64,000 nt of DNA from a virus (taxonomy: Duplodnaviria > Caudoviricetes): the IMG/VR virus record IMGVR_UViG_3300031853_000003, positions 64,001-128,000 of that record, one strand, 5' to 3'. The notes below the pieces were generated by a model, which did no database searches, had not been told where the DNA came from, and saw only the letters and a program-made list of their open reading frames with translations. The translations under genes and the position numbers were made by a program. The stretch's first letter is position 1, and every line of letters starts with the position of its first letter. Positions 48,601-56,919 of this stretch are shown piece after piece.

Positions 48601-49476
48601 ACAAACACAGCAATGTACCCAGGTTCTGCAGCTGGATATCGAACCGTTGGTAGAAGTCATTACAATGCTGCATTCTTTGGAAACTTTGTATCTGTTGATA
48701 CAGGTACTAGCGAAGCACCTGGATTTGAAGATATTACACCAGCTTCCGGTAAGACGAAGTCTGCTATGTTAAGCTACTGTACTACATCTCCTAAGATAAC
48801 AGTTAGTTTATTGCCTATTTTCAATGTAAATGGTGATGTAGATCAATGTTATATAAAAATAGCAGGTTCTGGATCAGAAGTTGATGGAAACGGTAAAACA
48901 CATCTGTATCATCTAGGAAATAAAGAATTCAGTGCTGATAAATTCCAGCTAGGACACTCTAATGGATATGACGGTCAGCCTCTATCTAAAATATTCCATA
49001 TACAGTTTAAGAATGAGGATTGGATTTACAAAGGTAAGTTGACAACTTCTCAGCCAGCTGATTGGGACACCAATTGGACAAACTATGCTACATATGTCAA
49101 TGGTGAATACGTCAGGTTGTCTGGAAGCAAGCCTACTTGGCAAGCAAAGTCAGGCAGCTTCAACGGTTATTACAAGATAACTGATCATTTCAATTTATCT
49201 ACATTACATTCAATGAGTTTCCAAGAAAACATGTCCGGTAATGATATCTGGAACATTCGAGGTATGTCAAGAGGATCTTGGACAGTTATCTGCGATCTAA
49301 ACAAAACAAGTGCAAACGATCAGCACGAAAGTGCTGGATGGCTTGTATGTAACGCAGGATCAATCGCAGATGGGTTCAATAGCCAGCTAGACGTTCTAGC
49401 TGCAACCGAAAGTAAGCAAGATAGCGATCTCTTTGCAGATTGGTTGAACCTGTTCCTACAAGGTATGTTCTACTAA
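45676..49476 (+). CDS. large tail fibre / receptor-binding-like virion protein
   Basis: 1266 aa, S/T/G/Y-rich; GYSAYE...EWL N-terminal motif; AGDGIKV / GPGIEL repeats; two PxDW modules. Confidence 0.65.
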   Translation: MGVKIYNEGRVVGYSAYELYVKHSLSEDPNTPPATELEWLSSTIAMGSSMLLKIPTDEVSGHHLVDFQLPENTKLAAANTILGSLFLGEAVVDETGWAQKVTSYGPLLTNSTARPISGQHTAESTEYPTSLSSQLSTTQQKQILNYMKVVDGIVIQPGNWSATNSTPAKDMSPVLSERPRVRIFLSDAVKEAFYVLLTGFTLRTVLAGVSGLDGSTDTSNNIPEDGAFLGPGIFPWANKIVFSIPSMYATYFLDNKYSRKMSTNGNPSTKESSAKEVHRIPVVDMETTDPATYYSSNFSDSRVPLDVVDLNKINGDAVLTVYQRDVAFPPALFGTKVTATGEQYASPLDTVAPGTVKMFNDTDRSAAASKAISFQDKIKNNYAFFRDTHDYVVRQINHTVSSSSSNWVDIPVADTYVDSIYGALEDSEVIPPFFVKQSNSGDPSDYAAVTTMYTRRIRGKVSDQFRTDFGIDPATTQGYNFLQLLMRTINRSDTNQIDISINHSMYDYIKDVPDWKSKYFFILQGSTTFNGNHVNSLTLVPVAKPVAGDVSPSNTFDYIYKSYGPQFKIPVLLPTSSTLANTAGSYGQYLGGYWNGEGPTSHKSILEYLTTVCDINPVALMDYRRKVPEVDGYTDWRDAYSAITVKNFVSAVRADAVNRGIIPSSVTLQNILDGEYTYTYPTPDGSGNYRSITFQKIATQYRTKTLSEVFELAKFYDLSTGQELNNGISLRTHYAKVASIELTVNGSAMTLSDAPTLVIDWDDQDSLYELTTSEPSDWSTRFRHYFTKSGSNYSKVSGDTAPAWAASTYYKPIYELSNIKYTDTLTFQTSVQKDSPETIALPWPQDSSQYVFSSGPLNVTNVAGLHQTKSLSVADSSGKIYDMSGEGGTITDMKDGNIHWDDILNALVNNKAIDVFNTTRFANEFYNRIVAGDGIKVTRDPNDATKTKISTYFAKGPGIELSAVTDAHGDTFIQITNTAMYPGSAAGYRTVGRSHYNAAFFGNFVSVDTGTSEAPGFEDITPASGKTKSAMLSYCTTSPKITVSLLPIFNVNGDVDQCYIKIAGSGSEVDGNGKTHLYHLGNKEFSADKFQLGHSNGYDGQPLSKIFHIQFKNEDWIYKGKLTTSQPADWDTNWTNYATYVNGEYVRLSGSKPTWQAKSGSFNGYYKITDHFNLSTLHSMSFQENMSGNDIWNIRGMSRGSWTVICDLNKTSANDQHESAGWLVCNAGSIADGFNSQLDVLAATESKQDSDLFADWLNLFLQGMFY

Positions 49477-49509
49477 GGATCGCCATATAAATTATAAGGA
49501 AGTGTATCT

Positions 49510-49761
49510 ATGAAGCGCAAAATAATTTCCGCAGAAGATCTCGGTTCAAAACAACTATTGAGTCAAGCGAATCAATCCCTATATGATACTTGGTACAATT
49601 ACGCAGAAGACGGCGTATCGTATTCTTGGGTTGTGAAACATGTACAAGATACTGTGGAGCTTGCTTTTGAAGATGATGATATAGAACTACCAGCTAAATG
49701 GAGATCTCAAGTTAGAAAATATGTGAAAGATCATTATAATGACTATGATTGGAACTACTGA
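49510..49761 (+). CDS. small putative virion protein
   Basis: Leader MKRKIISA. Confidence 0.5.
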   Translation: MKRKIISAEDLGSKQLLSQANQSLYDTWYNYAEDGVSYSWVVKHVQDTVELAFEDDDIELPAKWRSQVRKYVKDHYNDYDWNY

Positions 49762-49771
49762 GGAGAATCTC

Positions 49772-50170
49772 ATGAAAATACTTTGCAAATCAGCACAACA
49801 GATTCCTGCAAGTACACAAGTGAAACGAGTAGGAAAGTATCTGTATAAACACCTCGAAACCTCATATGACTTCAATTCTGGTTCTAACATGTATGACGTG
49901 TATTTTACACTGTATTATCAGAAGAAGCATCCTAAACTTGGTATCGCTATCAATGGTATACAAGAGATACAGATCAACATCAACATAACTACATATCAGA
50001 ACAAATTGAGGGTGAACACTATAGAGGTTACACCTCAAGCAAGGACACTCGGATTTGATCTATTTACTCCGGATAAGCTCAATGATCTACAATCTGCAAT
50101 GAAACTGATTATGCAAAAAGTTGTAAGACGTGTAGAGAAAGCATATGAAGGTTTTGACATACTATTTTAA
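49772..50170 (+). CDS. hypothetical protein
   Basis: GAGGAG RBS. Confidence 0.55.
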   Translation: MKILCKSAQQIPASTQVKRVGKYLYKHLETSYDFNSGSNMYDVYFTLYYQKKHPKLGIAINGIQEIQININITTYQNKLRVNTIEVTPQARTLGFDLFTPDKLNDLQSAMKLIMQKVVRRVEKAYEGFDILF

Positions 50171-50204
50171 CCAACCCCTAACATTTCGATAGAAGCCGTA
50201 GCAG

Positions 50205-50240
50205 AATTGCCCTTCAGTCTGACCGCTGAGGGGCAGTTTT
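50205..50240 (+). terminator. intrinsic terminator
   Basis: AATTGCCCTTCAG/CTGAGGGGCAGTT hairpin followed by TT. Confidence 0.7.
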
Positions 50241-50286
50241 GTGTAAATTCGTTAAATATCATACAATGATCTAGGAGGTTGTTGAT

Positions 50287-50721
50287 ATGCCAAGTAGGAT
50301 CAGTTGGAGCATAATCGGTCCTGACACAAATGGTTACACATACATTCTAGGCAAGTATGCTATCTATCTTCATATGATGAGATTCATGATAGGATTTCGT
50401 ATAGTGTCGTATTCGCATAAGGTAACAGATATCGAAGTATCTGTTACACCTGGCGAAGCTATTTCAATCTACGATAGTACGAAATGTAATACTGTAGAGC
50501 AGGCTATGCAGATGTGCGAGGATGAATTGAGCGAACTCTTTCGAGATGCTCAAAGCATCATGCGTGACCTCATTGCTGCGCTAGATGATCTTATTCATGA
50601 GAAATCAAATAACCTTGGCGTCGATGTTGATGATTCAGAGATTCAACAGCTTGTTTCAAAACGAGCTATCTGGGTGAAAGAACTCAACGAACTGGAGAAA
50701 AATATCAGAAAGGACGGATGA
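50287..50721 (+). CDS. hypothetical protein
   Basis: AGGAGG RBS; after a TCGTTA motif. Confidence 0.55.
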   Translation: MPSRISWSIIGPDTNGYTYILGKYAIYLHMMRFMIGFRIVSYSHKVTDIEVSVTPGEAISIYDSTKCNTVEQAMQMCEDELSELFRDAQSIMRDLIAALDDLIHEKSNNLGVDVDDSEIQQLVSKRAIWVKELNELEKNIRKDG

Positions 50722-50722
50722 T

Positions 50723-51190
50723 ATGTCAACACATTATTCTGCATTATGCACAACAACTATGCCGTCGTTGGTACTCCCTACAGGAGAAATATCTGAAGAA
50801 TTCGCAAGATTTCTCACCGCATTTGAAGAGTGCATCAAGTATTCTAACTGGTCAGAGCTATACAAACTGACCGACATGGCATACTACGAAGATGAATTCT
50901 GCGACGCTATCAAGTCTATGCACGGTAAACACTGGGACGAATATCGTTCATCATCGGAAAGATGTAGAGGCCTCTCCATCACAATTGATGCTGAAAGCTT
51001 CAACGAGATCAGCAGCTGCCAGCTTGCACGTATTCATGTAATCACATACATGTTGGTTGACGGTGAGGGTGGTCCCATTACACAGCAAGAGAAAACACTG
51101 CAACGTCATCATATGGACTGGTGGTTCACATATAAACGTGATAAATTCGTTATTGTAAGTGCGATACCTGAGGTGAAGATCATAACATAA
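50723..51190 (+). CDS. hypothetical protein
   Basis: Operon packing. Confidence 0.5.
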   Translation: MSTHYSALCTTTMPSLVLPTGEISEEFARFLTAFEECIKYSNWSELYKLTDMAYYEDEFCDAIKSMHGKHWDEYRSSSERCRGLSITIDAESFNEISSCQLARIHVITYMLVDGEGGPITQQEKTLQRHHMDWWFTYKRDKFVIVSAIPEVKIIT

Positions 51191-51224
51191 CTTTCACCTT
51201 GTATAACTATCCAGGTGATGTCAT

Positions 51225-51488
51225 ATGAAGATGAGAGTTGAATACGTCAAAAGACGCCCTAATCAACTTGAGGAGGGCGTTTTATACATATGCAAAGAAT
51301 GTGAAGTTGCGTTTCATCTTTGCCCGTGCGGTTGCGGTGAGGAAGTAGTAACTCCTCTAGGTAATGAAGGCTGGCAACTGTTGGAACATGAAGATGGAGT
51401 AGTATCTCTGTATCCTTCAATCGGTAACTTCTCGTTCAGATGTCAAGCACATTACTTCATCATACAAAATGAAGTAGCGTTCGTCTGA
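51225..51488 (+). CDS. DUF6527-like Cys/His protein
   Basis: HLCPCGCGEEVVTPL...W...SLYPSIGN..FRCQAHYFI. Confidence 0.7.
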   Translation: MKMRVEYVKRRPNQLEEGVLYICKECEVAFHLCPCGCGEEVVTPLGNEGWQLLEHEDGVVSLYPSIGNFSFRCQAHYFIIQNEVAFV

Positions 51489-51547
51489 TGGAGAGGAGAT
51501 GAGTAGAATGAAGAAGATCCTTATCTGATGTAAACATCATAGGCCAC

Positions 51548-51604
51548 GCGGAGTTTTGTAATCTTCTGACAGCCTCCGCATACAACAAATCAAAAATAAA
51601 GGAG
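51548..51604 (+). promoter_or_regulatory. riboswitch-like leader (hairpin plus A-rich tail running into the SD)
   Basis: GCGGAG/CTCCGC stem; loop TTTTG complementary to CAAAA just upstream of AAAGGAG. Confidence 0.35.
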
Positions 51605-51614
51605 TAATTCAATC

Positions 51615-52361
51615 ATGAGAAAATTAACAACCGAAATCAAAGAAACACTCAGATCAATACCAGGGCTTGTCACGACGATATTCATCTTATCTTGCGTATG
51701 TATGAATCTCCTCGCCAACAAGTCTATTTTTAATACGCAGTACCTCGCGGTTACAGCTGGTATCTTCTTCTCCTGGATCGCTTTCCTCTGCATGGATTGC
51801 GTCTGCAAGAGATTTGGATCGCGTGCTGCGACGATTCTCAACACTACGGCAACGGTCATTGCGCTGGTTACCTCTCTGCTGTTTGCACTCATTGTCAAAG
51901 TTCCTGGTATCTGGGCATCTGTTTTCTCTGCACCGGAAGGTACCGGCGACGCTGTAAACACAGCCCTTGACGGAACATTTTCATCAACTTGGTACATTGT
52001 TGTAGGTTCTACTATCGCACTCTTCTTAGGTGGACTTACAAACTCTATCGTCAACAAGCTGATTGGCAAGAAAGCAGACAATGGAACATTCAAAGGATTT
52101 GCGATTCGTAGCTATCTGTCTACTGCGGCTGGCCAATTTGTAGACAACATCGTGTTTGCATTCTTCGTATCTTACATGTTCTTTGGATGGAGTATCCCTC
52201 AGGTGATCGGGTGTTCATTCTTCGGAATGCTTCTTGAGCTTGTTATTGAGATCGTCTTCTCTCCCCTTGGCTATCATGTTTCCAAGAAGTGGAAAGACGA
52301 AAACGTCGGCTCAGAGTATCTGAAGAAATATGCTTCCAAGGAGACAACTAATGCAGCTTGA
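51615..52361 (+). CDS. VUT/YhhQ-family (queuosine precursor-type) transporter
   Basis: MNLLANK, FLCMD...FG, IRSYLSTAAGQFVDNIVF signature; multiple TM helices. Confidence 0.8.
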   Translation: MRKLTTEIKETLRSIPGLVTTIFILSCVCMNLLANKSIFNTQYLAVTAGIFFSWIAFLCMDCVCKRFGSRAATILNTTATVIALVTSLLFALIVKVPGIWASVFSAPEGTGDAVNTALDGTFSSTWYIVVGSTIALFLGGLTNSIVNKLIGKKADNGTFKGFAIRSYLSTAAGQFVDNIVFAFFVSYMFFGWSIPQVIGCSFFGMLLELVIEIVFSPLGYHVSKKWKDENVGSEYLKKYASKETTNAA

Positions 52362-53808
52362 GACCTTATCAGCTGTGCAAATCGGGGACCTCGTCAACAA
52401 AGGCGAGGTCTCGCCGGTTGAAGTTATCAGATACTTCGCACAGCGTATTGATACACTGAATCCAAAGGTAAATGCTTTCACTTACACTAAAGTCGATGAA
52501 GCAATCAAAGAAGCTGAGAAGCTTGAATTGAGAATTCTAAAAGGCGAATACGGCGGACCGTTTGCAGGTGTACCTGTAGGCTTGAAAGACTTTCTCAACT
52601 CAAAGAAAGGCTGGTCAAACACTCATGGAGGAGTACCTGCTCTCAAGGCGATTGACACCTGCAACTCCAGGTTCTACTCTGCTGCGAAGAAGTTAGGAGC
52701 GATTGCTATCGGTAAGACCAATGCCCCTCCGTTTGGATTCAAAGGTACTTGTGATAACACAATGTACGGACCTACGCACAATCCTTACAACTTGGAATAC
52801 AATTCCGGTGGATCTTCCGGAGGTACTGCAGCAGCTGTTGCAAGCGGAATGATTCCTCTAGGAGAGGGCGGAGATGCCGGTGGATCCATTCGCATACCTG
52901 CAGCTTGGTGTAACTGTTTTGGCTTCAAGGCAGGCTTAGGATCTGTTCCGAGCGTATGCAGACCAGACGGTTGGACTGCTACACATCCGTATTGCTTCAA
53001 CGGCAGCATTACTAAGACGGTTGAGGATAGTGCAATCCTCTTCGATGCTATGAATCAGTATGACCCGCGTGATCCGATCAGCTTACCATTCAAGCACACC
53101 GCTAGATTAAAGATGAGTAATCCTATACGAGGAAGGAAAGTTGTTTTCACACCTGATTTTGGAATCTTTCCAGTTGATCCAAGGATCGCTTCCCTGGTAG
53201 AGTCGGCTGCGAAAGAGTTCCGACATGCCGGTGCAATCGTGCTGAATGACGACATCCACTTCCAGCACTCGTTGGATGAACTTGCTAGATGCTGGTGTAG
53301 ATCTATTTCATTAGATACTACATTAGATATCCAAGAGTGGAAACGCAATGGGTTAGATCTGATAGGCGACCATAGCGATGAACTCACTCCTGAATTCATC
53401 TATTGGTATCATAAGACTCTTGAGACAGATATCTTCGATATTCGAGAGTTCAACGAAATCCGCACTGATGTCTTAGACACATTTGAGAATGCGTTCAAAG
53501 ATGCAGATATCATCATCTCTCCAGTATCAGGATGTATGCCTCTTAAGAATTCAGAGCAGACTCCTGAGGCAATCCGAAAGATTGCAGGAACCGAGTTAAG
53601 CAAAGATACAGATTTCATATCATTTGCAATGACGTTCCCGATCAACTTCGTCGGATATCCTGCAGCATCTATTCCGATCGGGTTCATTGACGGACTTCCT
53701 GTAGGTATGCAGATAGTTGCACGTCAGTACCATGACGCAGATGTATTCATGTTTGCTCATGCGTATGAGAAGATGCATTCGTACTATCTTACACGCCCTA
53801 CCATCTGA
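52351..53808 (+). CDS. amidase-signature family amidase (not GatA)
   Basis: GVPVGLKD, GKTN, GGSSGG, GDAGGSIRIPA, GLPVGMQI. Confidence 0.88.
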   Translation: MQLETLSAVQIGDLVNKGEVSPVEVIRYFAQRIDTLNPKVNAFTYTKVDEAIKEAEKLELRILKGEYGGPFAGVPVGLKDFLNSKKGWSNTHGGVPALKAIDTCNSRFYSAAKKLGAIAIGKTNAPPFGFKGTCDNTMYGPTHNPYNLEYNSGGSSGGTAAAVASGMIPLGEGGDAGGSIRIPAAWCNCFGFKAGLGSVPSVCRPDGWTATHPYCFNGSITKTVEDSAILFDAMNQYDPRDPISLPFKHTARLKMSNPIRGRKVVFTPDFGIFPVDPRIASLVESAAKEFRHAGAIVLNDDIHFQHSLDELARCWCRSISLDTTLDIQEWKRNGLDLIGDHSDELTPEFIYWYHKTLETDIFDIREFNEIRTDVLDTFENAFKDADIIISPVSGCMPLKNSEQTPEAIRKIAGTELSKDTDFISFAMTFPINFVGYPAASIPIGFIDGLPVGMQIVARQYHDADVFMFAHAYEKMHSYYLTRPTI

Positions 53809-53871
53809 TACAACCTTCGTTAATAGTATAGTGTAAGCATCCTGTTTGCACTATACTATATTTATGATGAG

Positions 53872-54666
53872 GTGAATATCATGAATGGTAAACACTGTAA
53901 GCCGAGACTGAGATCTCGAGTTACTGAGATAGGTTTTGTTATACTGATGTTTTGTGTTGTAGCAATACTGTTAGGCTTCATGATTAAAGCAGAGATCTAT
54001 GACCAACCTGCAGAACCTACGCATGCAACTGATACTGCTACAATGTCAAAGGCCACCACAGAGTATCCAACAGAACAAGAGCTTCTGCAGTATGATCTCC
54101 TACTTGTTAACAGAGAAAGTAAGTTACCACATGATTACACTGTCAACCTCGTGAAACTAGAAAACGGTCTACAAGTATCATCAGAATGCTACGATGCATT
54201 ACAGAAGTTATTAGATGATTGCATAGCTGCAGGTAACACACCGGTAGTTTGCTCAGCTTATAGATCTGTGGATGAACAGGCAGAATTGTTTGATGATAAG
54301 GTCTCAGAGCTGATGCGCGTATACAACTACTCCGAGAGCAAGGCGAAACAAGAAGCTGCGAAATCTGTTTCACCTCCAGGATACTCTGAGCATCATACAG
54401 GTCTTGCAGTTGATATAGTTGATATCGACAACCAAAACCTCGAAACCTACCAAGAGGATACAGATACACAACAATGGTTGATAGCACATTCGTGGGAATA
54501 CGGGTTCATTCTCAGATATCCAGAGGGCAAGAGTAGTCAAACTGGAGTTGGGTATGAACCCTGGCATTACAGATATGTAGGAGAGCACGTGGCTGCTGAA
54601 TTACATGAGTCAGGTATGTGCTTCGAAGAGTATGTAGTAGGACCTGGATACTTTAACTATGAATGA
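53872..54666 (+). CDS. membrane-anchored M15B D,D-carboxypeptidase (VanY-like)
   Basis: N-terminal TM helix; SAYRS, SEHHTGLAVD, EPWHYRYVG. Confidence 0.88.
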   Translation: MNIMNGKHCKPRLRSRVTEIGFVILMFCVVAILLGFMIKAEIYDQPAEPTHATDTATMSKATTEYPTEQELLQYDLLLVNRESKLPHDYTVNLVKLENGLQVSSECYDALQKLLDDCIAAGNTPVVCSAYRSVDEQAELFDDKVSELMRVYNYSESKAKQEAAKSVSPPGYSEHHTGLAVDIVDIDNQNLETYQEDTDTQQWLIAHSWEYGFILRYPEGKSSQTGVGYEPWHYRYVGEHVAAELHESGMCFEEYVVGPGYFNYE

Positions 54667-54857
54667 GATAATACAGATAGGCTACTGGGTCTATGAGATG
54701 CCTGATGAAGGTGTAGAGTTAAGAGCTTCTAATCGCATTGAACCAGATGACGTAGATATGTCACTAGTAGAATCGTTAAACTCAATACAACAGCAACACA
54801 TCAAAAACAATCAACAAATGTAAACAGAAACCAAATTCATGCTGTTGGGAGGAACTT

Positions 54858-55175
54858 ATGAGAAGCTACAATGTAAAACCCAGAAATTCAACATCCAGAA
54901 TCGCGGTCACATTTGATGACCACAACCTGCCGAGAGTACGCTTGGAGAATGTGTCGGAGGAGCAGTTACAGTCTGCTGGACTCTTCCTGCAGAACATCTC
55001 GCGAGATTACGTCATGCCGACCCCTCGCAAAAGAAAGCGTCGCTCTCTGAGAAAAGCGTTCATGAGAATGCTTCGTGCAATGACACAGGCATTCACAGAT
55101 CACAGCAAGTTTGTCAAAGAAACATCTCTTGCTGTCTATAAAGGTACACGGAGGTCTAGTATAGTTGACCAGTAA
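54858..55175 (+). CDS. basic hypothetical protein
   Basis: GGAGG RBS; after a TCGTTA motif. Confidence 0.5.
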   Translation: MRSYNVKPRNSTSRIAVTFDDHNLPRVRLENVSEEQLQSAGLFLQNISRDYVMPTPRKRKRRSLRKAFMRMLRAMTQAFTDHSKFVKETSLAVYKGTRRSSIVDQ

Positions 55176-55428
55176 GGGCAAGCAACGCTGTAAGATGTGT
55201 AAGAGACGAGATTGTCTATACCACGCATCTCCAAAATCACATAACGCTTGTGATTACATTCTCTGCACAGGAAGGCGTAGAGATTGCCCTACAGGTGAAT
55301 TATGCAACAAATATGTTAAAGCAACTTCTGCGGAGCAGTCAGCTATTGCAGAACGAACCTGGAAACATTACAACTGGAACTACTCCGAAGACGGAACACC
55401 ATACTTGGAGGTATTTAGCAGATGGTGA
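55165..55428 (+). CDS. small Cys-rich protein
   Basis: CKMC..CLY...CDY...C...C. Confidence 0.5.
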   Translation: MTSKGKQRCKMCKRRDCLYHASPKSHNACDYILCTGRRRDCPTGELCNKYVKATSAEQSAIAERTWKHYNWNYSEDGTPYLEVFSRW

Positions 55429-55661
55429 ATAACAACATCTTTCTTGTAATCGGACTTGTACTTGAGCTGATACTCCTGATAACAGCTATCATACTGCTTG
55501 TAGCAGCTATCATCACTATCCGGAAGCTGCGTAAATCAGTAGAGGAATACTCAGAAGTATCATCAAAGTCGTTTTACCACACACAACAGCTTATCAGCGG
55601 CCAAATCCGGAAAGCTGAATCAGACATAATGAAACACTTAGACCCTAATTACATGAGGTGA
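55422..55661 (+). CDS. single-TM membrane protein
   Basis: Long hydrophobic N-terminal helix; GGAGG RBS. Confidence 0.55.
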   Translation: MVNNNIFLVIGLVLELILLITAIILLVAAIITIRKLRKSVEEYSEVSSKSFYHTQQLISGQIRKAESDIMKHLDPNYMR

Positions 55662-55665
55662 TATC

Positions 55666-56067
55666 ATGAGGTGTTCATATTATCTGAGTCATAAGAGCGA
55701 CAGGAAGGGCAAGCTCAATATGGACGACATACTTCCGGGATTCTCAGAAAATCCTATGCTTTCCACAATGATGTTGACAGATGCACTTCATCATAAGCAC
55801 GCCGCAGATATGCAAGAACGTCGATTGGCAGTTGAAAAGCAGCTGTATCAACTCTACTATACAGAATCTGGTGAACTCAAAGAAGAGTATGCCGATAAGT
55901 CCTATCCGTTGATCCCGTTTCCGCTTATACATTCCAAAGGATGGAGATGTCCTGACTGCCAGATCAAATCATTTGACCCGGATACAATCGGCAAGATTGA
56001 CAAATGTCCTAATTGTGGTCATCGACTTCAGTGGCCTGAAGGCAGCACAGATGCTGATAATGAATGA
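55666..56067 (+). CDS. zinc-ribbon protein
   Basis: CPDC...CPNCG. Confidence 0.5.
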   Translation: MRCSYYLSHKSDRKGKLNMDDILPGFSENPMLSTMMLTDALHHKHAADMQERRLAVEKQLYQLYYTESGELKEEYADKSYPLIPFPLIHSKGWRCPDCQIKSFDPDTIGKIDKCPNCGHRLQWPEGSTDADNE

Positions 56068-56129
56068 TGTTCTTAGGTGGTTGATATGCCGTCAGCCACC
56101 TTATATATTTGTACGGAGGTGATTACTAG

Positions 56130-56912
56130 GTGAGCTACCTGCGATTCGATAAGATGACAATAGATAACATAGATTGCTACGTGCATGCAAACATTTCAAT
56201 CGTGCAAGATCTCGCGGATTCTCAATGGTATATCAGGATACGTGAAAACGGTGTGTGGAATTATCCGTCTTGGGAGCATCCATCGTTCAAGACAGTTCAG
56301 GCCGCAACAAAATGGTTATCGACAAAAGACCTGGATACAATAACATCTTCTTCTGTATCAATGAATAGAGATATTCAAGATGTAACTAAGATACTCGGGT
56401 TCAACGAAGTAGCCGACGGTGAATACGTACATTGTGATGATGACCCTAAGATGACGCTGTCTATCACTGCTAGCAGCTTCCGTCTTGACTATCTGGGTAC
56501 ATATCAATCCATACATTCTTGCACCGCGCTGATACGCGTAGTAGAGGGTTTGATTAAAGCACATGGTCGACAGCTTGGAGGAGAAATACCAGTTGCACCA
56601 GTCATGGCTGCAATCAACACGCGTAACCTAGCACAAAACATTGTACGTGTAAAATCCTCTAACGTATGGGGATACACTATCAATGTGAAGGATAGGAAAT
56701 CCAAATTCGGGGACGTTATCGTGCAGTTCAAAGGCGAGCACGGTGGTCCTGGTGATATCTATATCTATTATGATGTACCTGTATTAACTTATCGCAGATG
56801 GCATTCTGCGCCGAGTAAGGGGCATTACTTCTGGGTATACATAAGAAACAATTTCAGATACAGCAAGCTGACTGGCGATAAGCGAGGAAAGCTTCGTAAT
56901 GCTGTAAATTAA
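56130..56912 (+). CDS. protein with a C-terminal KTSC domain
   Basis: VKSSNV...VQFK...YIYYDVP...APSKGHYF..YIR; GGAGGTG RBS. Confidence 0.75.
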   Translation: MSYLRFDKMTIDNIDCYVHANISIVQDLADSQWYIRIRENGVWNYPSWEHPSFKTVQAATKWLSTKDLDTITSSSVSMNRDIQDVTKILGFNEVADGEYVHCDDDPKMTLSITASSFRLDYLGTYQSIHSCTALIRVVEGLIKAHGRQLGGEIPVAPVMAAINTRNLAQNIVRVKSSNVWGYTINVKDRKSKFGDVIVQFKGEHGGPGDIYIYYDVPVLTYRRWHSAPSKGHYFWVYIRNNFRYSKLTGDKRGKLRNAVN

Positions 56913-56919
56913 GGAGGAC

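Noticed and set aside
52351-53808. GatA (Glu-tRNA amidotransferase subunit A)
   Set aside because: Lacks the GatA-specific DEFAMGSS and SDTGGSIRQPA motifs; no gatB/gatC adjacent
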